Of a DNA stretch of 39,693 bases, positions 1 through 8,962 are shown piece by piece; within the stretch, counting starts at the first letter, position 1; every line of letters begins with the position of its first letter. A model generated the notes under the pieces. It made no database searches. It was not told the DNA's origin and was given only the letters and a program-made list of their open reading frames with translations. The position numbers and the translations under genes were made by a program. Source of the DNA: Verrucomicrobiota bacterium (lineage in GTDB: Bacteria; Verrucomicrobiota; Verrucomicrobiia; Limisphaerales; CANJSG01); assembly GCA_038209745.1 (NCBI GenBank), contig JBBQXJ010000042.1, forward strand, positions 1 through 39,693. The letters are read 5' to 3'.

Positions 1-940
1 AGGCGAGCCGGTCGTAGGTCTTCTGCTGAAACAGTTTTCCGAGGAGCAGGTAGAAAATCAGGCCCGCGAGCGAATCGAAGTAACCGTCGCCGCGGCCTGA
101 AACGAGGTCCCAGACACTTTGCGAGAAGAGGGCCGCGATCCCGAGGGCGATGGGCACGTCCAGCGTCAATCGGCGGTGCTTCAGCCCGGTCCACGCGCTT
201 TTCCAATAGTCCGCCGCGCTGAAGGCGACGACCGGCATGGAGAGGGCGAGGCTCAGCCAGCCGAACAGGCTGCGGAACGCCGGTCCGTGGAAGGTGTCCA
301 GTCCGAAGTAGCCGGAGAGCGCGAAGAGCATCGTGTTCCCGAAGGCGAAGCCGGCGACGCCGATCTGAAGATACAATCGTCGGACGGCCGGGTGGACCGG
401 CCCTCTCTCCAGATCCGACAGATTCAGTTCGGGCGGATACCCCAACGAGGCGAGCAAGGAGGCGAGATCGCCGAGCGTCACGGTGGTTTCGTCGAAGGAG
501 ATGGCGACCTCTTTCCGGGGGAAGTTGACGCGGGACGAAGCGATGCCAGGGTGGAGCTTGAACAGATTCTCCAGCAACCAGACGCAGGCGATGCAATGGA
601 TGGTCGGAAGGGAGAACCGCACGCGAGCCGCTTTGCCGTCGGAAAAATCAACCAGCTTCGCCCGCACAGCCGGCTCGTCGAGGAACTGGAACTGGCCCGG
701 TGCGGCTTCGGTCGCGCGCGCGCCGCGGGCTCCTTCCATCTGATAGAATTGTCCAAGGCCATTCTCGGACAGGAGCTCGAAGACGGTGCGGCAGCCGCGG
801 CAGCAGAAGACTTTGTCGCCCGTGGGGGCCGGGACCTCGATGCAGGACAGGCCGCAGTGGTGACACGCCGCTGCTTCGCGGCGGGAGCTTGATGCTCCCG
901 CCGATGCGACTCTCCGGGATTTTCTCGGCACATCGATCAT
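1..940 (-). CDS. ccoI: Heavy-metal translocating P1B-type ATPase, CcoI/FixI-like (5' part; continues beyond window start)
   Basis: Not in the ORF track. Manual minus-strand translation from ATG at 940 gives MIDVPRK...CHHCG...KVFCCRGCRTVFELL...IHCIACVWLLE (HMA domain)...GVAGFAFGNTML...LDVPIALGI...YFDSLAGLIFYLLLGKLFQQKTY, the typical FixI/CcoI N-terminal architecture. Confidence 0.85.
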   Translation of the reverse strand, partial: MIDVPRKSRRVASAGASSSRREAAACHHCGLSCIEVPAPTGDKVFCCRGCRTVFELLSENGLGQFYQMEGARGARATEAAPGQFQFLDEPAVRAKLVDFSDGKAARVRFSLPTIHCIACVWLLENLFKLHPGIASSRVNFPRKEVAISFDETTVTLGDLASLLASLGYPPELNLSDLERGPVHPAVRRLYLQIGVAGFAFGNTMLFALSGYFGLDTFHGPAFRSLFGWLSLALSMPVVAFSAADYWKSAWTGLKHRRLTLDVPIALGIAALFSQSVWDLVSGRGDGYFDSLAGLIFYLLLGKLFQQKTYDRLA

Positions 941-1324
941 CGGACGAACCACTGGTGGTCCTGGGCACGATCAGCGCGTCATGAAAATTCGGCTCACTCC
1001 ATTTTGCCGTTCGATGGCCAGCTTTTGGCCGGAGAGCCGGGATGGGGTGTTGGGGAACGAGCCGGGTTCTTAAAATCACAACCGTCTGCTGGACGACCAG
1101 AGGGATCAGCGGCGCTTCCATCCGCAGCCTGTCGATGCTTGGCCGAACCGAGGAGGAGGATGCTGTTGCACTGGCGCGGCGTTCAGATGTTGCTCCAAAA
1201 GTCCCCCATATCTGGGGGTAGGATCGATCTCTTCGCTGTGGCGTGATGACCATCGCTTGAGAACAGGCTCAAGCGTGTGTCGCCAAATCCCAGTCTTCTC
1301 GGTCGCTACTGAAAAGTTCTCCCA

Positions 1325-4030
1325 ATGACTAAACTAAAAACTTCCCCAGTATCCAAACTGCTTCGCCGGTTCGTGGGCCTCCCGGTTCTGGCGCTCCTCT
1401 GCCATCAAGCTGTCAGCGCCCAAGAAGCGATCTATGGCCAGAACTTCGATTCGGATTCCACGACGGAGTGGGTCGTGAACACGACGGGCGAAGGCTACAG
1501 CTACGGCGACTTCTTTTTCGACTACAGCACGGCCGGCATTCCTTCGGCGCCCCATTCCACGGGGGGCACGACCCGCGGCTTGAAGCTCGGAGCCAATCTG
1601 GGAACCGGCGGAGTGTTTCCGGCGGGCGTCAGCGTCTCGCCGCTCGGCTTCGGCATTTCGGAGAACTTCGAGATGCGGTTTGATCTCTGGCTGAATTTCA
1701 ACAAGGACGGACAGGGCTCCACCGAGGTGGGTGGGGCGGGCTACGGCACGGCGGGCACCTCGGCGCAAGTGGCCGGATCGGCCGATTCCCTCTTCATCGG
1801 AGCCACGACCGATGGTGGATCGGGCGCGGACTACCGCGTCTATGGACCCGGCGTGGTAGTCGGCTATCAGGACGCGAACCATGTCATCAAGACCGACACG
1901 AATTCCCCGCTGGTCTATGCGGCGGGCAGCCGGAACAACACCGCCGCCTACTATGCGACCAACTTCGCGGCCCAGCCTGTTCCGGCAGCCCAGACCAATC
2001 TGTTTCCAAGCCAGACCGGGGCCGTGGCTCCGGCGGGATCGGCCGGCTTCAAATGGCATGATGTCACCCTTCGCAAGATCGGCACCGTCATCACCTACCA
2101 GATCGACGGCCTGTTGATCGGCACCGTGGATTCCACCGACGCGGGGACGCCGGGCGGCAACAACATCCTCTTCAATTTTTTCGACATCAACGCGGGCGGC
2201 TCGACCAATGTCGCGTCGACCAACGTTCTCTTCGCCCTCTTCGACAATGTGCGCATCGTGTCCTTCACGAACGTGGTCGACGTCTCGGCCGTCGGTCCGG
2301 CGGCATCCGAAAACGGCCCTTCACCCGGAGCGGTCCGTTTCACCCGCCGCGCGGCCGACGGTCCGCTCACGGTGAACTACAGGGTGGAAGGCACTGCGAC
2401 GTCTGGTTCTGACTTCGTGCCGCTTTCGGGTTCGGTGACGTTCGGCGCCTCCGACCTGTCCGTGGATCTTGCCATCACTCCCATTGACGACAGCGTCTCC
2501 GAGCTGCCGGAAACGGTCGTTGTGACCCTCGTTCCCGGCGGCGGCTATGTCGGCGCTGGCTCGGCGACGGTCACCATCGCCGACAACGACATTCCGACGC
2601 TGAACATCTCCGTGGTCCAGCCGACGATGTATGAGCGGTATCCGTCCGACTTCATCAAGTTCCGCATCGATCGCTACGGCAACCTGGAGGCCGCCGAATT
2701 CTCGGTCAATCTGACCTACGGCGGCTCGGCTGTTGCCGGGAAGGATTTTGTCGTGCCGACCACGGTCACCATGCCGACCGGTGCCGTCTCCTCCGAGTTC
2801 ACGGTCTCGCCGATCGACAATCCGACGGAAGGTCCTGCGAAGACGGTGACCATCACTTTGGCGGTCGGCAGCGGCTACGCCGTGGGCACCAACAGCCCGT
2901 CCGCGACGGGCACGATCCTCGACGACGAGACGACCGAAACCTCCGTTCTCTACAGCAGTCCATTGGCCGACGCCGGCGACGCCTCCAAGTGGGCCGTTCG
3001 CTACGGCACGGGAGATCCGACCAACAACGCCGCGAACTACGGCGTCGAGTTCGGCTTCGACCTGAGCGGGACAGGGGTGCCGGCTCCTCCCGGCGGAGCG
3101 ACCAAGGTCCTCCGTCTCACCGCGAACAAATTGCAGCCCGCCGGCACGGGCGCCGCCGGTGCGGTCAACGTCTACTACACCAACCAGGCCTTCAGCGGCG
3201 ACTTCGCGGTTCGGTTCAAAATGAACCTGGTGGAGGATTCGATCCTCAACGCGGCGACGGAAGGCGTGGTCTTCGGCATCAACCATTCCGGTAGCCAGAG
3301 CAACTGGTGGTATGGCAGCGGCCCGTTGGCGGCCGGTGCCACCTGGACCAGCGACGGCATCTGGTATTACATCACTTCCCAGCCCGGCGGGAGCGGGAGC
3401 ACCGGCGACTACCAGGAATTCACCGGCCAGGGTGGCACCCACGGCAACGCCGGATGGCAGCGGATCGGCAGTCGGAACGCCACCGCGTTCGTCGATGCCT
3501 TCAAGGCCAACCCCGATCCCGCCAAGCCGGGACCGTTCACGAGCTACGGCACTGCCAATCCGACTCCCGGCGTGCCGGCCAACGTGGACCCCGCAGTCAT
3601 CCCCGGAGCCTCCTGGGCGGACGTCGAGATCAAGCAGGTGGCGAACGTCGTCACTCTCGCGGTCAACAAGACCGCGATCTTCAGCTACACGAACACCACC
3701 GTCTGGACCAACGGCTACCTCATGCTCGGCTACGCGGATCCCTTCGGCTCCTCCACGGACGGCTCCGTGGGGGCCGCCTACTTCGCCAGTCTCGAGGTGG
3801 TTCGTTTGACCAAGCCCGAGGTCACCCAGACGGTGCTCGGCCCAACTTCGGTCGCGCTCACCTACACCACGACCGACACCTCTTCGCCCTTCGTGGTGGA
3901 AGCGGCGACGACGGTGGACGGAACCTTTGCGGCCGTGAACACCGTGATCACCTACCTGGGCAACGGCACCTATCAGGCCGTCGCTCCGCGCAGCGGCGAA
4001 ACGCAGTTCTTCCGTGTGCGCCGCCAGTAG
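1325..4030 (+). CDS. Large secreted protein: signal peptide, two copies of an unrecognised beta-rich domain, two Calx-beta-like domains, C-terminal ...FFR domain
   Basis: 901-aa ORF with strong GC3 bias. Signal peptide ends near AVSA-Q. Calx-beta signatures LTVNYRVEGTATSGSDF...ATVTIADND and VNLTYGGSAVAGKDF...ATGTILDDE. Ends QFFRVRRQ. Confidence 0.8.
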   Translation: MTKLKTSPVSKLLRRFVGLPVLALLCHQAVSAQEAIYGQNFDSDSTTEWVVNTTGEGYSYGDFFFDYSTAGIPSAPHSTGGTTRGLKLGANLGTGGVFPAGVSVSPLGFGISENFEMRFDLWLNFNKDGQGSTEVGGAGYGTAGTSAQVAGSADSLFIGATTDGGSGADYRVYGPGVVVGYQDANHVIKTDTNSPLVYAAGSRNNTAAYYATNFAAQPVPAAQTNLFPSQTGAVAPAGSAGFKWHDVTLRKIGTVITYQIDGLLIGTVDSTDAGTPGGNNILFNFFDINAGGSTNVASTNVLFALFDNVRIVSFTNVVDVSAVGPAASENGPSPGAVRFTRRAADGPLTVNYRVEGTATSGSDFVPLSGSVTFGASDLSVDLAITPIDDSVSELPETVVVTLVPGGGYVGAGSATVTIADNDIPTLNISVVQPTMYERYPSDFIKFRIDRYGNLEAAEFSVNLTYGGSAVAGKDFVVPTTVTMPTGAVSSEFTVSPIDNPTEGPAKTVTITLAVGSGYAVGTNSPSATGTILDDETTETSVLYSSPLADAGDASKWAVRYGTGDPTNNAANYGVEFGFDLSGTGVPAPPGGATKVLRLTANKLQPAGTGAAGAVNVYYTNQAFSGDFAVRFKMNLVEDSILNAATEGVVFGINHSGSQSNWWYGSGPLAAGATWTSDGIWYYITSQPGGSGSTGDYQEFTGQGGTHGNAGWQRIGSRNATAFVDAFKANPDPAKPGPFTSYGTANPTPGVPANVDPAVIPGASWADVEIKQVANVVTLAVNKTAIFSYTNTTVWTNGYLMLGYADPFGSSTDGSVGAAYFASLEVVRLTKPEVTQTVLGPTSVALTYTTTDTSSPFVVEAATTVDGTFAAVNTVITYLGNGTYQAVAPRSGETQFFRVRRQ

Positions 4031-4044
4031 ACGATGGGACAATC

Positions 4045-4077
4045 GGCGGCATCCGCGCTCCGTGGGTGCCGCCTTCT
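4045..4077 (+). terminator. Candidate intrinsic terminator hairpin
   Basis: 13-bp stem GGCGGCATCCGCG/CGTGGGTGCCGCC (with G-U pairs), loop CTC, followed only by TTCT (weak U-tract), 15 nt after the stop codon. Confidence 0.4.
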
Positions 4078-4084
4078 GCGACGG

Positions 4085-4407
4085 ATGAAGAGTCAACGCA
4101 TCCGACGTCGGTAGCTGGCCCCGGACCGAGCGACGCGTTCGTCTTCTGCGAGGAAAGCATGCTGTCGATGAACGACGGTTATCTTCAGACAGGCTCCTCC
4201 GGCGGAAAGTTCCCCGATGGGCCCGGGGCCTATCACAAATGGAGCTGCGGGTTCTTGTTCGTGGACGGACACGCCGAGCTGCGCCGATGGGAGACGCCCG
4301 TTCTGAAGAGAGCGGTGGTGCCGGGTCAGTCCGGAGCGAATCTCATCGCCGGTCCGTTCAACGCGGATTGGAAATGGTTCACCCAGCATGCGTCCTGCAA
4401 AAAATGA
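4085..4407 (+). pseudogene. Orphan C-terminal fragment of a prepilin/DUF1559-type H-X9-DG protein
   Basis: Frame reads GPSDAFVFCEE...NDGY...PGAYHKWSCGFLFVDGHAELRRW...DWKWF, an exact H-X9-DG motif. No prepilin GFTLIELL N-terminus is present upstream. Confidence 0.65.
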
Positions 4408-4459
4408 GGCGGGACTTTGCCTCGGCTCTTCCATGGCTCCGCTCCATCCTTGTCCCATC

Positions 4460-5491
4460 ATGATCCTCTGTCTTTCCAAAGCCCTGCGGCCGCTGCTGCC
4501 GGGCTTCTTTGTATCGGCGCTGGTGCTCGTCGCCGGGTGTTCCTCGCTCCCGAAAAGTGGTGCGCCGGCTCCACGACGGGGAGACGAGATCGTCGCGGCG
4601 GGGCAGTTCTTCCACACCGGCACGCCCGTGGTTCTATGGATGGATCCGGGTGGCTACGACGGGTATCGGGTCGAACGCCGCTTCGCTCCGCTGGACAAGG
4701 CCGACTGGGAAACGACCAAGGCGGAGGTGAAGGGATTCTCGACCCCGAACCGCTATGGGATTCGGCGCAAGGAACTGTCGCCCGAGGAAGTGGAACGGGT
4801 TCGCGGTGGCGGTTGGGATCTGCCGTTGCTCCAGCGGACGGTGGACCAGTTCGTCCTGCACTTCGACGTCTGCGGGATCAGCCGCCAGTGCTTCAACATC
4901 CTCCATGACCATCGCGATCTCAGCGTCCATTTCATGCTCGATGTCGACGGCACGATCTACCAGACGCTCGATCTGAAAGAGCGGGCTTGGCACGCGACGG
5001 TCTCGAACGACCGTTCGGTGGGGATCGAGATCGCCAACATGGGCGCCTACGCTCCCGGAAAGAAGAATCCGTTCGACGAATGGTATGGAACCAATGGGGC
5101 CGGCCGGACCGTGATGACCATTCCCAAGCGGTTCGGCCCGTCGCCGGTGCGGGATCCACGCTTCGCCGGAGGGCCGGACAGGTCGGCTCCGGTCTTCGGT
5201 GAAATCCAGGGCGAGACGCTGGTGCAATACGACTTCACGCCGCAGCAGTATGAAGCCCTGACCCGGTTGACCGCCGCTTTGTGCCGCGTCTTTCCCGGCA
5301 TTCGCTGCGACTACCCGAAAGACGCGGACGGTCGATTGATCCCCAACAAGCTGCCGGACGCCGATCTACGGCGCTATCAGGGCGTGCTCGGCCACTACCA
5401 CATCCAGAAGGACAAGACCGATCCAGGCCCTGCGCTGCAATGGGACAAGGTGATCAAAGGCGCGCGCAAGATCCTCGAAGAATCGCGGTAG
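4460..5491 (+). CDS. N-acetylmuramoyl-L-alanine amidase (Amidase_2/AmpD-AmiD family), lipoprotein
   Basis: Zn-amidase motifs FVLHFD, LSVHFMLDVDGTIYQ, AWHA, SVGIEIAN, GVLGHYHI...KTDPG. Lipobox LVAG-C. ATG 4460 was chosen as start (ORF open from 4388). Confidence 0.85.
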   Translation: MILCLSKALRPLLPGFFVSALVLVAGCSSLPKSGAPAPRRGDEIVAAGQFFHTGTPVVLWMDPGGYDGYRVERRFAPLDKADWETTKAEVKGFSTPNRYGIRRKELSPEEVERVRGGGWDLPLLQRTVDQFVLHFDVCGISRQCFNILHDHRDLSVHFMLDVDGTIYQTLDLKERAWHATVSNDRSVGIEIANMGAYAPGKKNPFDEWYGTNGAGRTVMTIPKRFGPSPVRDPRFAGGPDRSAPVFGEIQGETLVQYDFTPQQYEALTRLTAALCRVFPGIRCDYPKDADGRLIPNKLPDADLRRYQGVLGHYHIQKDKTDPGPALQWDKVIKGARKILEESR

Positions 5492-5547
5492 AGGAAAGCC
5501 GCGGCGCGATCCTTGAACCGGCTCGAAGGCCCCGGCGTTTCCGACGA

Positions 5548-6735
5548 TCAGGGATAGAGGAGATACGTCCCGCGCCGATCGACGAAGGCCGCTTCCTCTG
5601 GCTTCCAAGATTCCACGATCTCGCGCCATGGAGTCCCGGCTTCCAGCGCCCGCCGTTCGCGGCTGCTGCCGCTCAGGAGGTCGAAGGCGATGGGATCCGA
5701 CACGAACTCGTAGGTCTCCGACCGCCAGACGAACCTTTCTCCGGACAGGGAACGGATCACCTCCAGCATTGCCACGGCGGTGCGCACGGGTTGGAACGCG
5801 CGCCGGTTGGTGACGTGGAGCTGGACGCCGCCACAATTTTCGTCCGCGTGTTTCTGGAAGGTGGGATTGAAGATCGTGGCGCGGAAGGCGGCTCCCGGAA
5901 TGGACTCGCCGTTGAGCCGGGCCGCCAGTGCCGGAGCGTCCAGCCACGGAGCGCCGATCAATTCAAACGGCCGGGTCGTGCCGCGGCCTTCGGAGAGATT
6001 GGTTCCTTCGAACAGGCATTGTCCGGGATAGACCGTCGCCGTCTCCACCGTGGGCATGTTGGGCGAGGTCATCACCCACGGCAGGCGCGTTTCGTCGTGA
6101 TACATTCCACGTGCCCAGCCGGTGCAGGGGATGATCTCCAGGCCGATGTTGTGGAGCTTCTTCTCGGCCTGATACAGCCGGGCCAGTTCGCCGAGAGTCA
6201 TTCCGTGGCGCACCGCGATGTCGTAGGGACCTATGAAACTCTCGTAGCCCGGGGCCAGCGCCGGACCTTCAACCGTGAGGCCGTCGATCGGGTTGGGTCG
6301 GTCGAGCACGACGACGCGAAGGCCGATGGCATGGGCGGCTTCCAGGCAATAGAGCATCGTCGCATGGAAGGTGTAGTAGCGGGAGCCGATGTCCTGAAGA
6401 TCGATCACCAGCACGTCGATCTCCGCGAGTTGCTCGGCCGTCGGGCGAAGGCTTTCCGCCGTGTCGCCATAGAGGCTGATGATCCGGGGGCCGGCGGCTC
6501 CGATGTCGGGGCCGTCGCTCACCGCTTCCAGATCCTGGGCCTGGCCGAACCAGCCGTGTTCCGGGCCGAAAACCGAGACGAGCTTCACATCTGGAACGCC
6601 CTGCAGCAGATCCACGGCGTGACGCAGCCGGCGATCCACCGATGCCGCGTGGGCCAACAGCCCAACGCGTTGCCCGCGCAGCCGCTGGTATCCCTCCGCC
6701 CCGAGCAGGTCCAATCCGGTCATGACGCCGTTCAT
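5548..6735 (-). CDS. namZ: Exo-beta-N-acetylmuramidase NamZ (DUF1343/YbbC family), no signal peptide
   Basis: Motifs FGPEHG, DLQDIGSRYYTF, VLDRPNP, RHGMTLGELA, SPNMP, EGTNLSEGRGTTRPFE. Confidence 0.9.
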   Translation of the reverse strand: MNGVMTGLDLLGAEGYQRLRGQRVGLLAHAASVDRRLRHAVDLLQGVPDVKLVSVFGPEHGWFGQAQDLEAVSDGPDIGAAGPRIISLYGDTAESLRPTAEQLAEIDVLVIDLQDIGSRYYTFHATMLYCLEAAHAIGLRVVVLDRPNPIDGLTVEGPALAPGYESFIGPYDIAVRHGMTLGELARLYQAEKKLHNIGLEIIPCTGWARGMYHDETRLPWVMTSPNMPTVETATVYPGQCLFEGTNLSEGRGTTRPFELIGAPWLDAPALAARLNGESIPGAAFRATIFNPTFQKHADENCGGVQLHVTNRRAFQPVRTAVAMLEVIRSLSGERFVWRSETYEFVSDPIAFDLLSGSSRERRALEAGTPWREIVESWKPEEAAFVDRRGTYLLYP

Positions 6736-6760
6736 TGCGGGGAATCTGTCGAAGGGCCTC

Positions 6761-6775
6761 CACAGTGCAACTGTG
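6761..6775. promoter_or_regulatory. Perfect inverted repeat CACAGT-N3-ACTGTG in the divergent intergenic region (candidate operator)
   Basis: Seen directly between the divergent namZ and serine-hydrolase starts. It overlaps a minus-strand TTGCAC -35-like hexamer. Confidence 0.3.
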
Positions 6776-6858
6776 AACGGCCGCCACCGGGGCGACTTTT
6801 ATAGCCGGGGCCGACTTCACGCTGGCCCAGAGCCGCGCCCGCTCGGCATGCTGACGAA

Positions 6859-7929
6859 ATGAGACGTATTGCATGGCTGGCACTGGCGATCGCCACCGTG
6901 ATGCTGGGATCGGCTCGTGCGAGGGCCGACGCGCTGGAGGACTTGATCGCGGGAGAAATGGGGAACCAGGGAACGGTCGGAGTCGCCTGCCTCATCCTGC
7001 GGGACGGACAGCCGCCCCGGGGCGTCTATCGGGGCAAGGCCGATCTGGAGTGGAACGAACCCGTCAACGCCGAAACCGTGTTCGAGGTCGGCTCCGTCAC
7101 GAAACAGTTCACCACCGCCGGCATTCTCCTGCTCGCCCAGGACGGGAAGCTCACGCTCGACGACAAGATCAGCCTATATCTGACCAACACTCCCGCCAGT
7201 TGGGCCGGGATCACGTTGCGGCACCTGATGACGCACACCTCCGGCATCGCCAGCTACGACAACCTCGACGGCTTCGAGCTTCGATCGCGGCTCACGCAGG
7301 AGAAGTTCATCAAACGCCTCGCCGCCCAGCCGATGGTCTTCCAGCCGGGCGACTCCTGGTCCTACTGCAACTCGGGCTTCAACCTCCTCGCCTATGTCAT
7401 CGAGAACGTCGGCGGGACCAACTACTGGGAATTCCTTGCCCAGCGCATTTTTCGCCCGTTGGACATGGCCCACACCACCCGGCGCGATCCGCGGTTGATC
7501 ATCCCGCACCGGGCGTCCGGCTATGAGAAGTCGAAGAACGGCCTCGTGCATCGCGACTCCGACCTGACCGATCTTTCCGGTGCCGGCGCGATCGTCTCCA
7601 CGGTGGAGGACCTGGCGAAATGGAACGCCGCTTTGAACGGCGACCGGCTGCTGGGCGCCGCGAGCAAACGCGAAGCATGGACGCCGGTGAAGTTGAACAA
7701 CGGGGAGACGAGGGACTACGGGCTGGGCTGGCATTTGCAGTCGCTGGACGGGCACGTGAACATCGGCCACAGCGGCTCCACCTCCGGCTTCTCCGCCAGT
7801 CTGCAACGGTTCCCCAACGACGGACTGGCCGTCATTCTCCTGTCGAACACGGACGATCTCGGCTTCGCCACCCGCTTGGCCAAGAAGATCGCGCCGCTCT
7901 ATTTCTCCAAGCCGACGCCCAAGCAGTGA
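6859..7929 (+). CDS. Secreted serine hydrolase, beta-lactamase/AmiE-like (class C/PBP fold)
   Basis: SxxK (GSVTK), LMTHTSG, YxN (YCN), HSG motifs; signal peptide ending ARA-D. Confidence 0.85.
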   Translation: MRRIAWLALAIATVMLGSARARADALEDLIAGEMGNQGTVGVACLILRDGQPPRGVYRGKADLEWNEPVNAETVFEVGSVTKQFTTAGILLLAQDGKLTLDDKISLYLTNTPASWAGITLRHLMTHTSGIASYDNLDGFELRSRLTQEKFIKRLAAQPMVFQPGDSWSYCNSGFNLLAYVIENVGGTNYWEFLAQRIFRPLDMAHTTRRDPRLIIPHRASGYEKSKNGLVHRDSDLTDLSGAGAIVSTVEDLAKWNAALNGDRLLGAASKREAWTPVKLNNGETRDYGLGWHLQSLDGHVNIGHSGSTSGFSASLQRFPNDGLAVILLSNTDDLGFATRLAKKIAPLYFSKPTPKQ

Positions 7930-7942
7930 AGTTGTTCCGCCG

Positions 7943-8917
7943 ATGAATTCCGCTTCCCATTCGCTCTCCTTGATCAAGCCTCCCCGACTCTCTTTTGGGG
8001 ACATTGTCGCCATCGTGGCCCCCGCCAGTGCGCCGCCGGATCCCGCCGCCATCGACCGGTCGGTCGTGGCGCTGGAGCGGCTTGGTTTCGTGCCGCGACT
8101 CGGGGCGAATGTCCGTGGTCGAAACGGGTTTCTCGCCGGCTCCGATGCTGAGCGGGTGGCGGACCTGATGGGTGCGTTCGGCGATCCGGCGGTGAAGGCG
8201 ATCATCTGCCTTCGGGGCGGCTACGGCACGGCGCGGCTGCTTCCGCAGCTCGACTACTCCAGCATCCGCCAGAACGCGAAGGTGCTCATCGGCTACAGCG
8301 ACATCACCACGCTCCATTGCGCCCTGTGGGTGCGGGCCGGCCTCGTGTCGTTCCACGGACCGATGCTGAACTCCGAGATCGCGGGTGATTCTCCGCCCTT
8401 CGCCCTGGAAGCGTTGCTCCGCACGGTGATGCAGGCCGAACCCGCCGGAAGCATCCGCCGCGGCTACGAGGGTCCGCCCCCGTGGATCGTCCACGGGGGC
8501 ATCGCGGTCGGCGGGCTGGTTGGGGGTAATCTCTCCGTCCTTTGCACGACGCTCGGCACCGGTTTCCAGCCGGACTTCCGGGGAAAGATCCTGTTCCTCG
8601 AGGACGTGGGCGAACGGCCCTACCGACTCGACCGGATGCTCACCCATCTCTTGAACGCCGGTCTGCTCCAGCAGGTGGCCGGGATCGCCGTCGGCATCAA
8701 CAAAGACTGTGTGGATCCGAAAGCGGGCGAGGCCGGCGAATACCGTCAGAGCCTCGACGATGTGTTGCGGGAGCGGCTTGGTGGTCTCGGGGTTCCCGTG
8801 GTTGCCGGACTGCCCTTTGGCCACGTTCCGTTCAACGCGACGTTGCCCATCGGTGTCAGGGCGACGCTGGACGGTGAGCGCGGCGACCTGGTGGTGGATG
8901 AAGCGGCCGTCGTTTGA
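7943..8917 (+). CDS. ldcA: LD-carboxypeptidase (peptidase S66, muramoyltetrapeptide carboxypeptidase)
   Basis: Motifs RGGYG, IGYSDIT (Ser), GGNLS, ILFLEDVGE (Glu), PFGH (His). Confidence 0.9.
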   Translation: MNSASHSLSLIKPPRLSFGDIVAIVAPASAPPDPAAIDRSVVALERLGFVPRLGANVRGRNGFLAGSDAERVADLMGAFGDPAVKAIICLRGGYGTARLLPQLDYSSIRQNAKVLIGYSDITTLHCALWVRAGLVSFHGPMLNSEIAGDSPPFALEALLRTVMQAEPAGSIRRGYEGPPPWIVHGGIAVGGLVGGNLSVLCTTLGTGFQPDFRGKILFLEDVGERPYRLDRMLTHLLNAGLLQQVAGIAVGINKDCVDPKAGEAGEYRQSLDDVLRERLGGLGVPVVAGLPFGHVPFNATLPIGVRATLDGERGDLVVDEAAVV

Positions 8918-8962
8918 GATCGTCCGACTGGCCGCCGTTTGCTTGAACCCACCGCCGATCCG

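Noticed and set aside
119..892. 257-aa plus-strand ORF
   Set aside because: Antisense to the CcoI-like ATPase, which has clear motifs.
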